A stretch of DNA of 64,000 nt from the human T2T-CHM13v2.0 reference genome, Homo sapiens: assembly GCF_009914755.1 (NCBI RefSeq), contig NC_060928.1; one strand, given 5' to 3'. The notes under the pieces were generated by a model. The model worked only from the letters and a program-made list of their open reading frames with translations. It had not been told where the DNA came from and searched no databases. Positions 47,890-63,040 of the stretch are shown here, one piece after another. Positions within the stretch are counted from its first letter, which is position 1; every line of letters begins with the position of its first letter. A program made the position numbers and the translations under genes.

Positions 47890-49210
47890 TTTGCTTGACT
47901 GCAGCCTTCAACTGGATGCTATACCTCAGGCATTACCACTCCTCTGTTCCTCTGTATTTTTTTTATCTTGAAGAATCCCAAACTCAAACATTTGACTAAA
48001 ACTTTTTCTTCCTATTATTCTTCTCTCATTCCCACATTTCTGTTAAAATTGTTCATTACCTGTAAGGGGAATTCTCTTAACTCCTAAATTTTATGTCAGG
48101 TTTCTGTCCTCTCTTGGCTTCATTTTTATCCCTATAATCTTTCTAAACTAAGGTAAAGGGGTTGAATAATCAATTCACTAATTTTTAGAGTCTCTCTTAT
48201 CTCTGATTTTCTCTCAACTGCCACACCAATGATTTTATATCTAAAAAAAAAAGACAGTGGTCTCCTCTAACTAAGCACCTGCTTTATATCTGAGTTCAGA
48301 CCATACAAAGCTACATTTAAACATATATTCAAAATTGAATGTTTGCTTCCCACCCCTAAACCTGCTGTGTGCCCCATCTTCTCTTTCCTATCTTGATAAA
48401 TGTCTCCACTAATTCCACACTGGCCAAGTGAGAAATCTAGGATTTATTGTTGATTTCCCCCTTTATCCTAACCCATATATGATTTACCTCCAAAGATGTT
48501 TTAGATTCTGTTCATTGTTGTCCATTTCAATTGAAGTCACTTGCATATGTGGCCCAGATTTTCACCTGCAATCCTTACTGAAACTGCCAAATGTCCTTTC
48601 TTTTTTTCCCCCTGAGACCTGGATATGCTGTACTGTAACCAAAGTGAAGCTAAAAGTCAAATACAATCCACAAAAGTGATCGTCTAAAGCCTTTTGAAGA
48701 CTCCTTGCACTCGATCTTTCACCCTCCATGCATATCCCTTTGATACTTTCACAAACTTATCACCCACTACAGACACTTCTACTCACTTATTTCATTCCCT
48801 ATCAAATACGAAGTTCTGGAAAGCACTTCAAACCCTTAGCAAATGTTAACCCTGATTTCACAACTTAAGATAATGATTCATCACCATTCTTAAAATGACA
48901 GCTTAAATCTTATCTGCTAATAGCTGCTTTTTTGGACCACCCAAAAAAAGTAGGCCAGTTCACCTATATACTAGTTTTATTTGTTGGTTTCAGCTTTACT
49001 TTGAATATTGTTTGCTTCTCTTCATAGTATTCAGCAGAATTTATTAGTATTTAATGTGTTTTGTTAATTATTTATATCAAGTCTTTACCACATCATAGGC
49101 TTCCTGAGGAAATAGCATCTGGAGTAGTTGCCATTTCACATCTAAAGTCTGGCACAGTTTCTGGAACATTGATTATAAGGAAATTTTGGTAATAGGAAAA
49201 TGACTGAACT
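47890..49210 (+). mobile_element. L2 fragments
   Basis: aacatatattcaaaattgaa...aaacctgct...agaaatctagga...aagtctggcacagtttctggaaca. Confidence 0.65.
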
Positions 49211-51758
49211 CTGGCAAACACTTTCTCTTTATTTCCATTTGATCTAATGGAAAGAGTCACCTGAATATTATTACTTCTCCTAAAATATATGCATTATAAA
49301 TTTAACCCATCATGAATTGTTTTATTAATCACTCTGGAATTCTCATTTAAGTATTATGAACATTTTGCATTCCTCTAACCAAGCTACCTCATCACTACCC
49401 TCCACTTTTCCTAAACAAATGATGCTGCTGAAATGACAATGTAATCTGAGATAACCTGATATAAATGTATTTAACCTATTTTTTTCTGAATCAATATATT
49501 CTTTTTAATTTTTACATGATGTTTTACAAATATTATCTCAAAATTAATACTCTGTTTTCTTCTCTCACACTCTTAAAGTCACTTTCCTGAATAATCTTTC
49601 TTTTCTTTACACATATCTTAATCAGACTTTCAAACTCTAAGTGTAATAAACTTCATAGTCAAACCAAAACTGTATATGTACTTTAACTCCCATGGTTTCC
49701 CATTCATTAAGCAGAAATTGAATGTGGAAAGGGCCAAATATTCTATTTTTCTCCACCTACCTTCCTTTTTCAGGGTGATTTTCTTTGAGTTTGGAGAATG
49801 GGTTCTGGAAACTGTAAAAGGCAGAAAATAATATTTATTTTACTAGTGCTGTTCTGTCCTTCATTGGTTCCCCTAGCTAAGATTGACTGTCATTGATATT
49901 TATGAAGTTGGCATCCAAATGCTGACTCCATTGTGCAAAAAACAGAGAGTTTTAAGAGAACTTGTAGGATAGAAATTCACTTTAGTTTGGACTCTCTAAA
50001 TTCTCTCCTCTTAACTCTTGCCTGCAATAGTACACCACAATTTTCCCCCTTCATCAGGTGACCTCTTTGCATAAAATATTTAAAAGAAGGGCTTATGCTT
50101 AGCAAGAGTCCACGTGGCCTACTTTACATACAAAAAACTCAAAGATTCTTATTTTGTCAATTCTCTTTTCCTTCAAAAAAAAAATAATGAGAGGAAAAGA
50201 AATCTGGCACCTCATTGGCAGAGATCACCTGCAAGAAAAAGATGCACAATACACTCTCTTTTTCAGTGACTTTCGGTCTCCCTAATTGAATTTTTCGGAG
50301 TCCTCTCACATAACCTGATATATAGAGAAATATCTTGGCTTTCCACAAAGGAAGTAGAGAAATAAAAACAAAACGAAATAAAGAAAAATCTTCCCACTAG
50401 ATAGAGAGTAATGGCTTCAATAATTTCTGTGAATACATCTTGGATGAGGAAGTAGAGATATGCTGCTGCTATTAATAAGTTCTGGTAACTTATCTGTCTT
50501 TAAAAGTTTTCAGTTCTCTTTAGAAACATTCAGCTCTTCACACATCTTTGATTTCTCCCTTTATACAGGTCACAGATGCCAAAACAACAAGGCAAGTTGT
50601 AACATTTATAAACATGAAAGAAATTGATCCTTTATCAACAATTGATCTTACTTTCTGTACAGTTTTTTGAGTTTTGAGTATTTATTACCATTTTTAAACA
50701 ATAGCTTTATTGATATAAAATATTTTATATTATGCAAATAACACAATTCGCCCATCTGAAATGCACATTCAGTGGGTTTTGGTGTATTCACAGATGTGTA
50801 CAACCACAACACAATTAATTTTAAAATATTTTAATCACCTGAAAAGAAATCCTGTACAAATTAGTAGTCACTCCTTATTTCTCCTCAGCCCCAGAAAATC
50901 ATTAATCCACTTTTTATCATTATAGATTTGCCTATTTTGGACATTGCACATATAAAAATCATAACATATGTAGTCCTTTGTGACTGGCTTCTTTCACTTA
51001 ACATGTTTTAAGTATCTATTTTGCTGTAACATGCATCAACTTCATTTCTTTTCATTACTGAATAATATAACATTCCATGTACATGTATTTGATGTATTTC
51101 ATATATTCATTCGTAAGTTCATGGACATTTGAAATGTTTCTGTATTTTCTACTATGAATAATGAAGCCATGAACATTAGCGTACATGTTATTGTCTATAA
51201 ATATGTTTTTAGTTACCTTGGTTTTGTATATGGGTGTGAAATTCTGGGACTATATGATAATTCTCTTTAACTTTTGAAAAGCTAGAGACTGTTGTCAACG
51301 TGGCATTCCCAGGAATAGCATATGTAGGTCCCAAATTTGCTGCATCCTCAGCTACATTTGTTATTATCTGTCTTCCTTTTTATGCATTTAATCTTGTTAT
51401 TGTATATATTTATATATGTCTTATTGATTACATCTACTCCAATGGGCAAGAAGTAGTGTTTCACTGTGGTTTAGATTTGCATGTTCTTGATGGCTACATT
51501 TGTTGAATATTTTTCCGTGTACTTATCAGTCAATTGCAAAAATATCCAGTGATATCCTTTGCCCATGTAAAAATTGTATTATTTGTCTTTTCATTATTTC
51601 ACTGTCAGAGTTATATATGTATGTGTGTGTGTGTATTTGTATGTGTGTGTAAAGTATCTGTAGACATTCTCGATACATGCTCTTTATAAGATGTATGTTT
51701 TGCAAAGATTTCTTCCCACTCTCTGGGTTGTCTCATCACTTTCTTGAGGATATCCTTG

Positions 51759-52119
51759 TCATATGGTTTGGCTGTGCCCCCACCCAAACTCTCATCTTGA
51801 ATTGTAATCTGAATTATAATCCCCACATGTTGAGGGAGGGACCTTGTGGGAGGTGATTAGATCATGGGGGCGGTTTCCTCAAGCTGTTCTGATAATGAGT
51901 GAGTTCTCATGAGATCAGGTGGTTTTGTAAGGGGCTTTCCCCACTTTCCTTTGCACTTCTCTCGCCTGTCACCTTGTGAAGAGGTGCCTTCCACCAAGAT
52001 TGTGAGTTCCCTGAGGCCTCCCCAGCCATGCAGAACTGTGAGTCAATTAAACCTCTTTTCTATATAAATTACCCAGTCTCTGGTATTTCTTCATAGCAGC
52101 ATGAGAACAGACTAATACA
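51759..52119 (+). mobile_element. THE1D/MSTA-like solo LTR
   Basis: atatggtttggctgtgcccc...gaggcctccccagccatg...gactaataca; near-TSD ccttg/acttg. Confidence 0.92.
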
Positions 52120-52799
52120 ACTTGGAATCACAAGAACTTTTAACTTTAATGAAATCCTGTAGTTTTGTCACTGTTGTTTTTGTTATTATAGGTAAAAAGG
52201 TTTTGCCTAGCTTGAAGTAATAGAGATATGCTCTATATTTTTTCTTCTAAGAGTTTTCTAGTGTTAGCTGTTACATTTAGATCTATGTTAATTTTTCGTT
52301 GCCAGTTTTCCCAGCCTGATTTGCTGAAGATACTATTATTTTCCCCTTTGAATTGTTTTAGTACTTTCATTAAAAATCCACTGACCATAAATGTGCAGGT
52401 TTGTTTCCAGACTCTCAATTTTATTCCATTGATGAATATCCCTATCATTATGCTGGTAGCATATTGACTTGTTTAATGTAACTTCATAGTTACTTTTGAA
52501 ATCTGAAATGTGAGTCCCCCAACTCTGAACTTTGTTCTTTTCAAGATTGTTTTGCCTATTCTGGGCTCCTTAAAATTACACATGGTTACAAGCATCTGTT
52601 TTTTTTTTTTTTTTTTCATTTCCGAAAATAAAAAAGCCAGCTGTCATTTTGATAGAGATTACATAGAACCTGTGGAAAAATTTGGGAAGTAATTTCATCT
52701 CAACAACAATAAGTCTTTGATCCAAGAACATACCTTAATTTTTATTTTGGGCTTATTTAATTTCTTTGAACAATGTTTTGTTGTTTTCAGAATGTAAGT

Positions 52800-53100
<301 letters not shown>

Positions 53101-53834
53101 GAATATAAGTTTTGAACTAATTTTGTTATTTCTTCTCAAATACTTTATCTTCCTAATGTTATTATAAATTACTTTTTCTCATTCTAGTTTTAGATGATTT
53201 ATTGATAGTGTATAGAAACGAACTGACTTTTGTGTATTGATCATGTACCCTGCAACTTTGCTGAACTTTTTTCTTAGTTCAAATAGCTCCTTATGTGGGT
53301 TTCATAGGATTTTCTACACAAACAAGATCACGTCATCTGCAAATATAGTTTTATTTTCTTTATAAACTTTTATATATTTTTCTTGCCTGATTACCCTAAG
53401 TAAAACCTTCAGTAAAATGTTGAATAGAAGTGGTAAGAGGCAACATTATTTTCTTGTTCCCTAATTTAGGGAGAAAGCATTGAATCTTTCAAGATTAAGT
53501 ATGATTTTAGCTGTGGGACTTTTGTAGATGTTCTTTATCAGATTGAGGCATTTTTCTCCAAATATCACCTTGTTGATAATTTTTTATCAAAAAGGAGTGT
53601 TGAATTGTGTCAAAGAGTTTTTGTACATTTATTTAGATTAATAAAACATAAGCTCTGTAAATCAATGAGAAAATAGCATTCCCACTACCAAAATGCCATT
53701 TACATGTTAAATTTGAAACCCTACACAGGTTTAATACAAGAAACAAGGCTCTTCTGGGGAGCAGTGTCTAACGGGATCATATTTCTCTAGTCAAAGAATG
53801 GTTCACCTCTGTATTGTAATGGCCAGTATTTCTT

Positions 53835-54142
53835 TTTCTTTTTCTTCTTCTTTTTCTTTTTGAGACAGTCTCGCTTGTTTCCTGGGCTGGATTGCGGTGG
53901 CGTGGTCTCTCAGCTCACTGGAACCTCTGCCTCCCAAGTTCAAGTGATTCTCCTGTTTCAGCCTCCTGAGTAGCTGTGATTACAGGTGCCTGCCACCACG
54001 TCCAGCTAATTTTTTGTATTTTTAGTAGAGACGGGGGTTTCACCATGTTGGCCACACTGGTCTCAAACTCCTGTCCTCGTGATCTGCCTGTCTCGGCCTC
54101 CGAAAGCGCTGGGATTACAGGCGTGAGCCACTGTACCCAGCC
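53835..54142 (-). mobile_element. AluS (Sg/Sc-like)
   Basis: Perfect 17-bp TSD AATGGCCAGTATTTCTT at 53818-53834 and 54143-54159. Confidence 0.96.
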
Positions 54143-55528
54143 AATGGCCAGTATTTCTTGAATCATTAGTTCAAATGGTCAGGTGTAAGACTCATGTGAA
54201 TATGTTTTGACAATTTATCATGTTGTATCTTCCCATACCTAAAACATATTTCTTGAATAAACAAAGTGACTTTATTGAACTACTGCTGTCTTCTGTAATT
54301 TTAATAATAAAAAAATGTTAAGAGAAATCAGCAATGAACACAGGAAAATTTGTTTAAAATTCTTATTCACAAAATTATTGGGTGTCTTTTGTCTCTCTCC
54401 CTCTGTCACACATTTGCTTACAAACACACAAAAAAAACATACACACACAAAGCAGACACTCACCACACATTATATTTACGTGCTTTGCTCTTGCTTATTG
54501 CATCATAAATGCTGATTCTTGTTTGGAAGAGAGTAAGATGAAATTTCTGTTATAGTGTTTCATTGGGCTACCCTGAGGGAAATTATTTTCCTGCTTCTTT
54601 TATAGAATATTCCTGGTGTCAGAAAACATTTTTCTCTCTACAGGGATTCACATTATTATTCAACATTTTCTATAATAAAAAAAAAAGCCTGCAATACGTT
54701 CCCCAGACACCTGTGTTGAATTGTGGGTCCTTCATTTTTAAGAGTAAAATCAGATCATTTGTCTCCCACCACTTGACAAATTCATAATTAGAAAGCTTCA
54801 ATAGCTATATTTTATCATTAAATGACATGAGTTCAATATCTTCTGTAGAGTCTGGAAATCAGTCCAATTATTTCACAGTCCAACATAATAACTATTATCA
54901 TTTTCTTTTGAAATGTTCAAGAATTACTATAATGGTTATGCCATGAAAGGTTCAGCATACTTAATTAGTTTAATAAATAAAAAAGTAATATCACAATGAA
55001 AATATCTCTGATAATTTATATCTTATTTTTAAAGTCAGAAGGATGAACACAAAAAGGTAATATATAGGTTTCTTCTGCACTCTTCCTAACCTTGATTTAA
55101 CTATTATTCAAATAATTATAAATTACTACAGGTACATATATTTATATATGTACATAACATATTTTATGTCTATATCTATATATCTGTATGTGTGTTTGTG
55201 TAAAATGGGAGCAAGAAACTGCATTTAATGCATAAGCTACCAAATTTGAATATCATGCTGAGACGCAGTTGAAGTATTTATTTCCACTTTACGTTTAGAT
55301 ATAGAGTGCTATATTATTTGTTGCATGCTTTAGATAATGACTGAAATTTTATGTGATTTTCTTTAATAGTTTCTCCCATTCTAGCATAGTCAGTAGAAGA
55401 AAATTCAGTGACAGAGGTTTTTGGTTTTGTTTTGTTTTTTAATCTAAATCTTTTTTTTTTTTTTTTTCTGGAGAAAGCTGGAAATTAGGAGGCTAAAAGA
55501 GTACCTTTTCCCTTAAAAGGTATTAAAA

Positions 55529-55824
<296 letters not shown>

Positions 55825-56914
55825 GTATTAAAAATACCTTTTTCATTTTTCTCCTGACATAGTAGAAATCATCTATGATTTTGACAGAGTTGCAAAACAA
55901 GTGTAAAGCATAACTTTTTCTAGATTTAAAAGAACAAAAACTGTATATAATATTAAAAAGACAGTAAGTTTTAATGTAAGTTTTTACTATGACTTTTTTT
56001 ATCACATCTTTGAATTTAGGTAAAATTAGATATACTTAAGAAATATTATTAAACTATGCCTTGAAAAGATAGTTATGTTTTTAATTGCTTGAGAAAATAT
56101 GTAGAAGATTAAGATAGAAAGTTTAAAAGAACTGTTTGAGAATTTTCATAAGAATTTTAAAGTTCACTCTTTGCACCATATTAGTGATGCGTATTGTTTT
56201 TTATTATCTTGGAGACAGGAAAAATAAACTGGCTTATAATTGGACTTTACAAAGAAGAACAGTCGTTGTCAGTACTGCAAGAGATGGCAACTATCTGGAA
56301 CCCATTCATTAATTATGGCACAGAAAGTAGATGTCTATATGTGTTCTATATTCTTTTCATATCCACATTTTTGACTTTGAAGAGAAATTAGCATTGAAAT
56401 ATACATATGTAGAGATGTTCATATGTACATAAACATAACATAGATACACATAATATACATATGTAAATCTACATAATGTATAGTATATGTTCCATATGTA
56501 TATTTATTTTTATTTTCTTTCCAAAATAGGAAAAAATAAGAATAACTGACATAGACTTTTGATTCAGTTATACTGTCTGAAATGTAACCAGAGCAGAGAA
56601 TATTAAAAATAGGTGTCAGAAGCACTTAGGAAACAGTTACTGGATTTATATATGATATCTTAATATTTGTCTCTCACTTTATGCTAGTGATACAATTATT
56701 AGTAGCAGATTTGGAAAAAAAATTGATTATTATGTATTATTTATGATACATGATTATTTATGATACATGATGTTAATTTACCAGTGTAAATTAAAAAGAG
56801 AATAACCATAACAATATACTAGTTATGAACAAAGTGCTAGTAAAAACACATATCAATTATTTTTGTTATACTTCTTATTGGACCATGCAAGCAATTAAGA
56901 AATGGTTAAAAGTT

Positions 56915-57496
56915 GGAAATAAAGCTGTACACCCATAGCCTTTGAATCTTCAACTAAGTTGACAATAACAAACAATGGGGAAAAGACTTCCTATTCAATA
57001 AATTATGCTGGGATAGCTGGCTAACCATATGCAGAAGAATGAAACTGGATTCCTTTCTTTCACCATATACAAAAATTAACTCAAAATAGATTAAAGATTT
57101 AAATATAAGACCTTAAACTATAAGAATTCTATTAGTGAGCAATGAGTCTCTGGAAAAAACAATTCTGGAAGGAAACCTTGGAAACAAATTTTTTACGTGG
57201 GCCTTGGGAAAGAATTTGTGACTAAGTCTTAAAAAGCAATTGTAACCCAAACTAAAATTGATAATTAATTAATTAATTACTTAATTAAACTAAAGGGCTT
57301 CTGCATAGTGAAAAAAACATCAACAGAATAAACAGACAACCTACAGAATAGGAGTAATTATTTGTAAACTATGCATCCAACAAAGGTCTAATATCAAGAA
57401 TATATCAGGAACTTAAATCAACAAGCAAAAACAACGAACCCCATTAAAAAATGAGCCAAGGACATGAACAGACACTTCTCAAAAGAAGACATACAG
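56915..57496 (+). mobile_element. L1PB/L1MA ORF2 fragment
   Basis: caatggggaaaagacttcctattcaataaa...gacatgaacagacacttctcaaaagaagacataca. Confidence 0.88.
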
Positions 57497-57555
57497 GATA
57501 GACGGCAGAAAGTGGAAGGGCAAGCAAACCTACCAGAGAGGAGTGGGTATGAGAC

Positions 57556-57848
<293 letters not shown>

Positions 57849-59413
57849 GACAGGCTGTGCTCGGGTTGTGCTACCAGCCTGGATCCCACACCTGCCAAGG
57901 GCAAGCCAGGCGTGGAGCAACAAGGGGTGTGTAGGCAAGTGAGAGTGGGCTCCAGGCACTGAGCACAGCCAGGCAAGCTGTCTGCTACACAGAAGGGTTA
58001 GCAGCTCCAGGTACCGACACAGATGCCAGTTCCATTTGAGGCTGTGGCTGGACTAGATGTACAGGACACAGCTTCTGCTGTACAGGACACACCCGTGTCT
58101 GAATGAGAGGGATGTGGTTGTGCCTGGAAGCTTGGAGATGCAAGGAACTGCAGAGCGCCAAAGGGGTGTCATGGCCCAAGCTCTGGGAATCCCTAGGTCT
58201 GGGGTCCCTGAAGGGCCACAGCACTTCTCTCCTTCTCTCTACCCACAATGTGGCAGGGAGTATGGGGTGGTTCAGCCCTGTCTGTGTTACAGCTCTTTTA
58301 GTCCAGCCATTCAGCGGGTCCCAAGTTCTTGTCCCATGTGCAGGAAGAATGAGATATGTGGAAAACTGAAGGGTAAGCAAGGTGGAGAGGAGCTTCAGTG
58401 AGCAGCAGAACAGCTCTCAGGAGACCCAAAGTAAGTGGCTCCTTTATGCAGGCAGGTTGTCCCAGTGAGTGTCCAGTTCTCAGTGGAGAGGGGACCCACA
58501 GTGGATAGCTCCTATCAGCAGGCAGGTCATCCTGACGTCTGCAGTCTCCAGTTCAGAGTAGACCTGGAGTGCATAGCTGCATAGCTCCTATATGCAGGCA
58601 GGTTGGCAGGTTGGCAGGTTTTCCCAACATCTGTCTGAGTCTGGCTCAGTGTGTGGGGGTAGGGGGGCTAATTGGCCCGTGGGTGGGGTGGCCCAAAGTG
58701 CATGGTGATTGGTCCATGGGTGGCCATGGGCAGGTCCAAAAAAAGGCACGGTAAGTTCTCTTTCCGGGCTTCGGACTCCACACATAACTGACAGCCTGGC
58801 TCCCGGGATTCAGGCTGTCCCTGGCTCGAAGTTGGGCTTCACCGGGACCATTCCTCTCTACCCAGGAACCTGTCTCCCGCCATCATCAACATATCGTACA
58901 CAGCACTCAGGCTGTTTGTGCCAAGAAGTGCCTCATGGACCACGCTGAACTGCCCTAAGCCTCTCCTTGGCCTCCCTCTTGTGCTCATCGGCACTCAAAG
59001 TCTGGAGGGGCCAAGGCAGCGGGGGACTGACGTGTCAGCAATGCCTGGAGCACGCGCACACCGAGAAGGGTCATGAGAGCACCCAAGCTTGGCCTCAACT
59101 TTGCTACAAAATCAGAGTGGGCATCAGGAGTGGGGAGAGGTCAGGCAGTGGGAACAGGCACTTCCAAGCCTGCAGGGGCAGGGCTCTTCCCAGCCGCAAG
59201 AGCGCAGGGATGCCTGGGTCTACTGCCAGGGCCTGGCGGCTGCAGCTATATCCTGGAGGCCGGGGCTCCAGCCCCAGCAACTTGGAAGGTGGTGGGGCTC
59301 CCACCTGTTCCTGTCTTCTGCCCGACCCGTGGAGCACACAGCCCTGGTGGCGACTCCCCTGCGGCAGTTGGCACATTTTAGAGGCTGCTCCAGATGAGCT
59401 ACCGCTCCCATCA
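57849..59413 (-). mobile_element. MER52-like GC-rich ERV1 LTR
   Basis: Minus strand starts tgatgggagcggtagctcatctggagcagcc; repeated gctcct...gcaggcagg modules. Confidence 0.85.
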
Positions 59414-59476
59414 ATACCATTACAATGGCAGTTAAATTTCAACATGAGTTTTGGAAAGGACGTTCAAACCATAGCG
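59414..59476 (-). mobile_element. MaLR LTR terminus (MST/MLT1A); another piece probably at 57497-57555
   Basis: taaatttcaacatgagttttggaaaggacgttcaaaccatagc. Confidence 0.75.
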
Positions 59477-59755
59477 CCAAATGATGAAACAGAAATCATT
59501 GAGTGATGAAGGTAATGAGGGGGAAGAAGTGTTTTGGTTTTCTAAATAACTACTTAAACTCTTGTGGATCACTAATTCATGATCCAATTGTATACGGAAT
59601 AAGGAAAGTTGAACAATTAATTCATAAACAAAAATGAATGGAATAAAGTAGAATTAAACTGGATACTCTGAGGAATCTTCAGTAAAATATTTTATTTTTC
59701 TATTATGTAAATGTCCCGGTTTCCTGGAGTTATTCTAATAGTTTGATAAAGTTAA

Positions 59756-59795
59756 ACACACAAACACACACACACACGCATGCACACACACACAC
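59756..59795. repeat. (CA)n microsatellite
   Basis: Direct reading. Confidence 0.85.
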
Positions 59796-60887
59796 CCCAA
59801 GTATTTTTCAGTGGCCCCAAAAATAGTTCACACAAATTTAAACCCTTCTGCCACAGATATCTTCAATAGAGTTAAGTATTAATAAATAAAATTAATATAC
59901 CTCTGTGGTCACAAGATTCAGTATTAGAATGCATTGTAAAGCCATTTTAATAAAGCTTCTTCTATGGCATTTTGTTTCTAGATGCCGCTTTCTGAAAGTC
60001 TTCTAAAATATGTACAAGTTTGGTTAGCATCCACTTGGACACCCCTTTTTCATTGTTTCACAAATAACAAAGCCATTGCATTTTCAACTATATAAAGAAG
60101 TACATTCTGAAAGTAATGACTAGGATTGATGGTTGATGGGTGAGCTTGGGATACCTGGGAGATCCTTGGTCAATATTTATAAACTTTTTCATAAACACAA
60201 ATTGGGGAGAATTGAGAAACTGGAGGTGGAAGATATTGCCCCAGATTTCTCAACAGAAAGTTATCCAATGGTGGATTTACTAGTAAAAAAATGTGAGTAA
60301 TCCCTTTACTGGAAGCAAAAGAATTCTTTGTTAAATTTTGTGTGTATTACTGAATATGTAACGGCATCGTGGTAGGCTAGTATTTGTTAAACCTAAAAAA
60401 CATGAATCTTAAATGTTTAAGTTTTCATATATATATGTATGTAATTAATGGTCAAAGAGCATGACTCAGAGGACAATTGAACACTTTACCACATAAGAAT
60501 TCATTTGAGGCTATTTTCACTGTCTTCAACAAAACTGACAAGTCATTATTACCAATAGAATGTCAGAAATAAAAATAGAATGTTTACTGAGATCTTATCT
60601 AAAATGTGTGTATCATTCTATAATTCTAATGTTTGCAGAGTTCTGCATTGTGATTATGGCTCTATGTAAAATTTTTCAAGCACTTTTCACTGCAGGGCCA
60701 TGTAGCTCTTCCATTACTCCAGGAAAATTGCATGTGCATTACTAGTCTTTCAACCCAAAATATGAGAATAACAGCTGGACTATTTTAGTTGGTATTCTAT
60801 ATGTGTAACAAATAGCCTTTATTAAAGAATATATTTCCTACAGCAGAAACAACAATTTAACATAGTTGTAGATTATTTCTCTTTAAG

Positions 60888-61563
60888 TGATGACAAAACT
60901 AAGAAGTCCAACTCTAGGCCGAAATCCTGTGTGTGTTACATTTGTCCTGATGATAGGCAATTACAAAGACTGTACCTCTCAGGCCTCACAGAGGAAACTA
61001 CCTTCCCCACACCAAGTGTGGTGCACAAAGAGTGCACTGCAGCCTCTGAAGGTAGTTGCAGCCAAGACTCTGGCCTCCTTGCTGGCCATGCTTTACTCAC
61101 TGCTGCATTTCTAGACCAGTTGCCTCCACTGGAGTCTTCTTTATAAGGGGCTCTCCCTGAGGACTTCCTTAGCCACCTCTACTGAGACCTACTTATAGAG
61201 GGGAAGGAGAGAGCCTGGAAATACTTTTCTTCACCTGAACTTAGTTCTCATTACTTTTCCACTCCTAACCCTTCACCTTTACTCTCCCTCTAACTCCTCG
61301 GTCCATAAAATATCAGGAGTCTTTTATACAGGACTCCCTCAGCTGTGAGACAATGCACCTCTCATCTGTTGTGATACAGTTGACACTCACTTGGCACCTT
61401 TCCATGGGGAAAATGGAACACTGGGGGAGTTGGTGTTTTCTCTGTTTATCCTCTTGCTGTAGGTGATTAACGGCTTGACTGTTGTTTTCATTTTGACATG
61501 TTCTCTTAATCGCTACTCTGACATCTGTCAGATCAGCTCTCCATCTAAGCTCAGCTTTTGACA
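60888..61563 (+). mobile_element. Probable ERVL-class solo LTR (MER54/73/74-like)
   Basis: TG...ttgaca ends, TATA-like ccataaaa at ~61303, attaa(c) poly(A)-like signal, higher GC than flanks. Confidence 0.5.
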
Positions 61564-62642
61564 TGTTTATTCTGTCTCTCTTTTACATTTAGTGAAGAGA
61601 CCAATTTAGTAAACCTAAATTGCAAACCTCTCAGACTTGTTCATAAAAGCCAAAAAGAACATCATTTGCAAGTCTAACCCTGAGCCCGATTATTCTCGTG
61701 CAAATTAGGTTATATTTAATTTACTGAATCAATTGATCCCCGAAAGGTTTTATATGTTAAAATGGTTGAGAAAATTTAACTTATTTAAAAATTAAATCAA
61801 AACCCACAGGAGAAAACTGAGTACAGTTTCTACAGTTAGAGTTCCAAGTAGCAGTTAGCTGAGTCACCTGAAGTAGAATGGTCTGGCCAGGAGTCAGTTC
61901 ATCAACAGATAAAAGAACTAAGAATGATATCTCACAAAGTTAATTTGAAATTTAAAATATACTATATATAATGTAATTACCATGTTATCTGGTACATTAG
62001 TTTCTGTTTATTAAATTTATCTATTTTCATTAAAATGATTAGTTATACCAAAATCAGACTCAAACTTCATTCTTTTGCTTTCTTCTTGCTTTTATACATC
62101 TGAGTAGGTTCCTTATGTCTTTGTAATATAATGATCATGTCAATTCTTTCCTTTCCTCCATATTCTTTCAATTATAAACTTGTTTATTAAATAAATATTT
62201 TTTGAGTTGTTAGAATACATCACATACTGAATCAGGCATTGTGTATACAAAAACACACTCAGCTTTGTAGCAAAGTTACAAGCATACCATTGCAATATAA
62301 TATTTTAATTTAGTAGTAGATATATGCATGGATGCACTTAATATAATACTATTTGAGTTTTCATTATCCATATAACATTGTACAACATAATCTAGTGAAT
62401 AAAGCTGATGGATGACAACAACTGCAGGCTGCTCTCAAGAGTATTGAGAAAAGGAAAACTAGAGGGGGAAGTCTGGTTCTATTCATGACAAAGTAGCTTG
62501 TATTAGACAAACCATTCACTTAATAACAATAATGAAAAATGGAATCAATATAAAAGCAACTATTTTAAGGCACTAGAGAACAACCAAATTAGACAAAACC
62601 AGAAGGGGATAGAATCCTGGTAAGAAAAGAAGCAGACTAAGT

Positions 62643-63040
62643 TTAATACATTGAATAGTGTCTCCCAAAATTCACATCCACCAGAACTTCAGACTTTGGA
62701 AACAGGGTCTCTGCAGATGTCACTACTTAAGATGAGGTCATACCATTGCCTTTATGAGAAAAGGAGAAGATACAGGAAAACAATTCACAGTGAAAAGTAG
62801 ACCATGTGAACACAGAGGCAGAGATTGGAGTTATGCAGTCATAAGCCAAAGAACTCCTGGGACTACCAGAAGCTGAAGAGGCAAAGAAGAATTATTTCAT
62901 AGACCTTTAGAAATAACGTGGCTGTGCTGGTAGGTTAACTTCCAGATTCTGACTTTCAGAACTTAGAGAGAATAAATCTCTTTGTTTTAACCTACTCAAT
63001 TTATAGTACATGATTATGGCAGTCCTAGGAAACTAATACA
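62643..63040 (+). mobile_element. MLT1B/C solo LTR inserted in an old L1M 5' fragment (~62460-63690)
   Basis: ttgaatagtgtctcccaaaattcac...cacagaggcagagattggagttatgcag...ggcagtcctaggaaactaataca. Confidence 0.88.

Noticed and set aside
57985-59506. Dense overlapping ORFs in a GC-rich block
   Set aside because: MER52-like LTR; stop codons are rare because of GC content, and no protein similarity was recognised.
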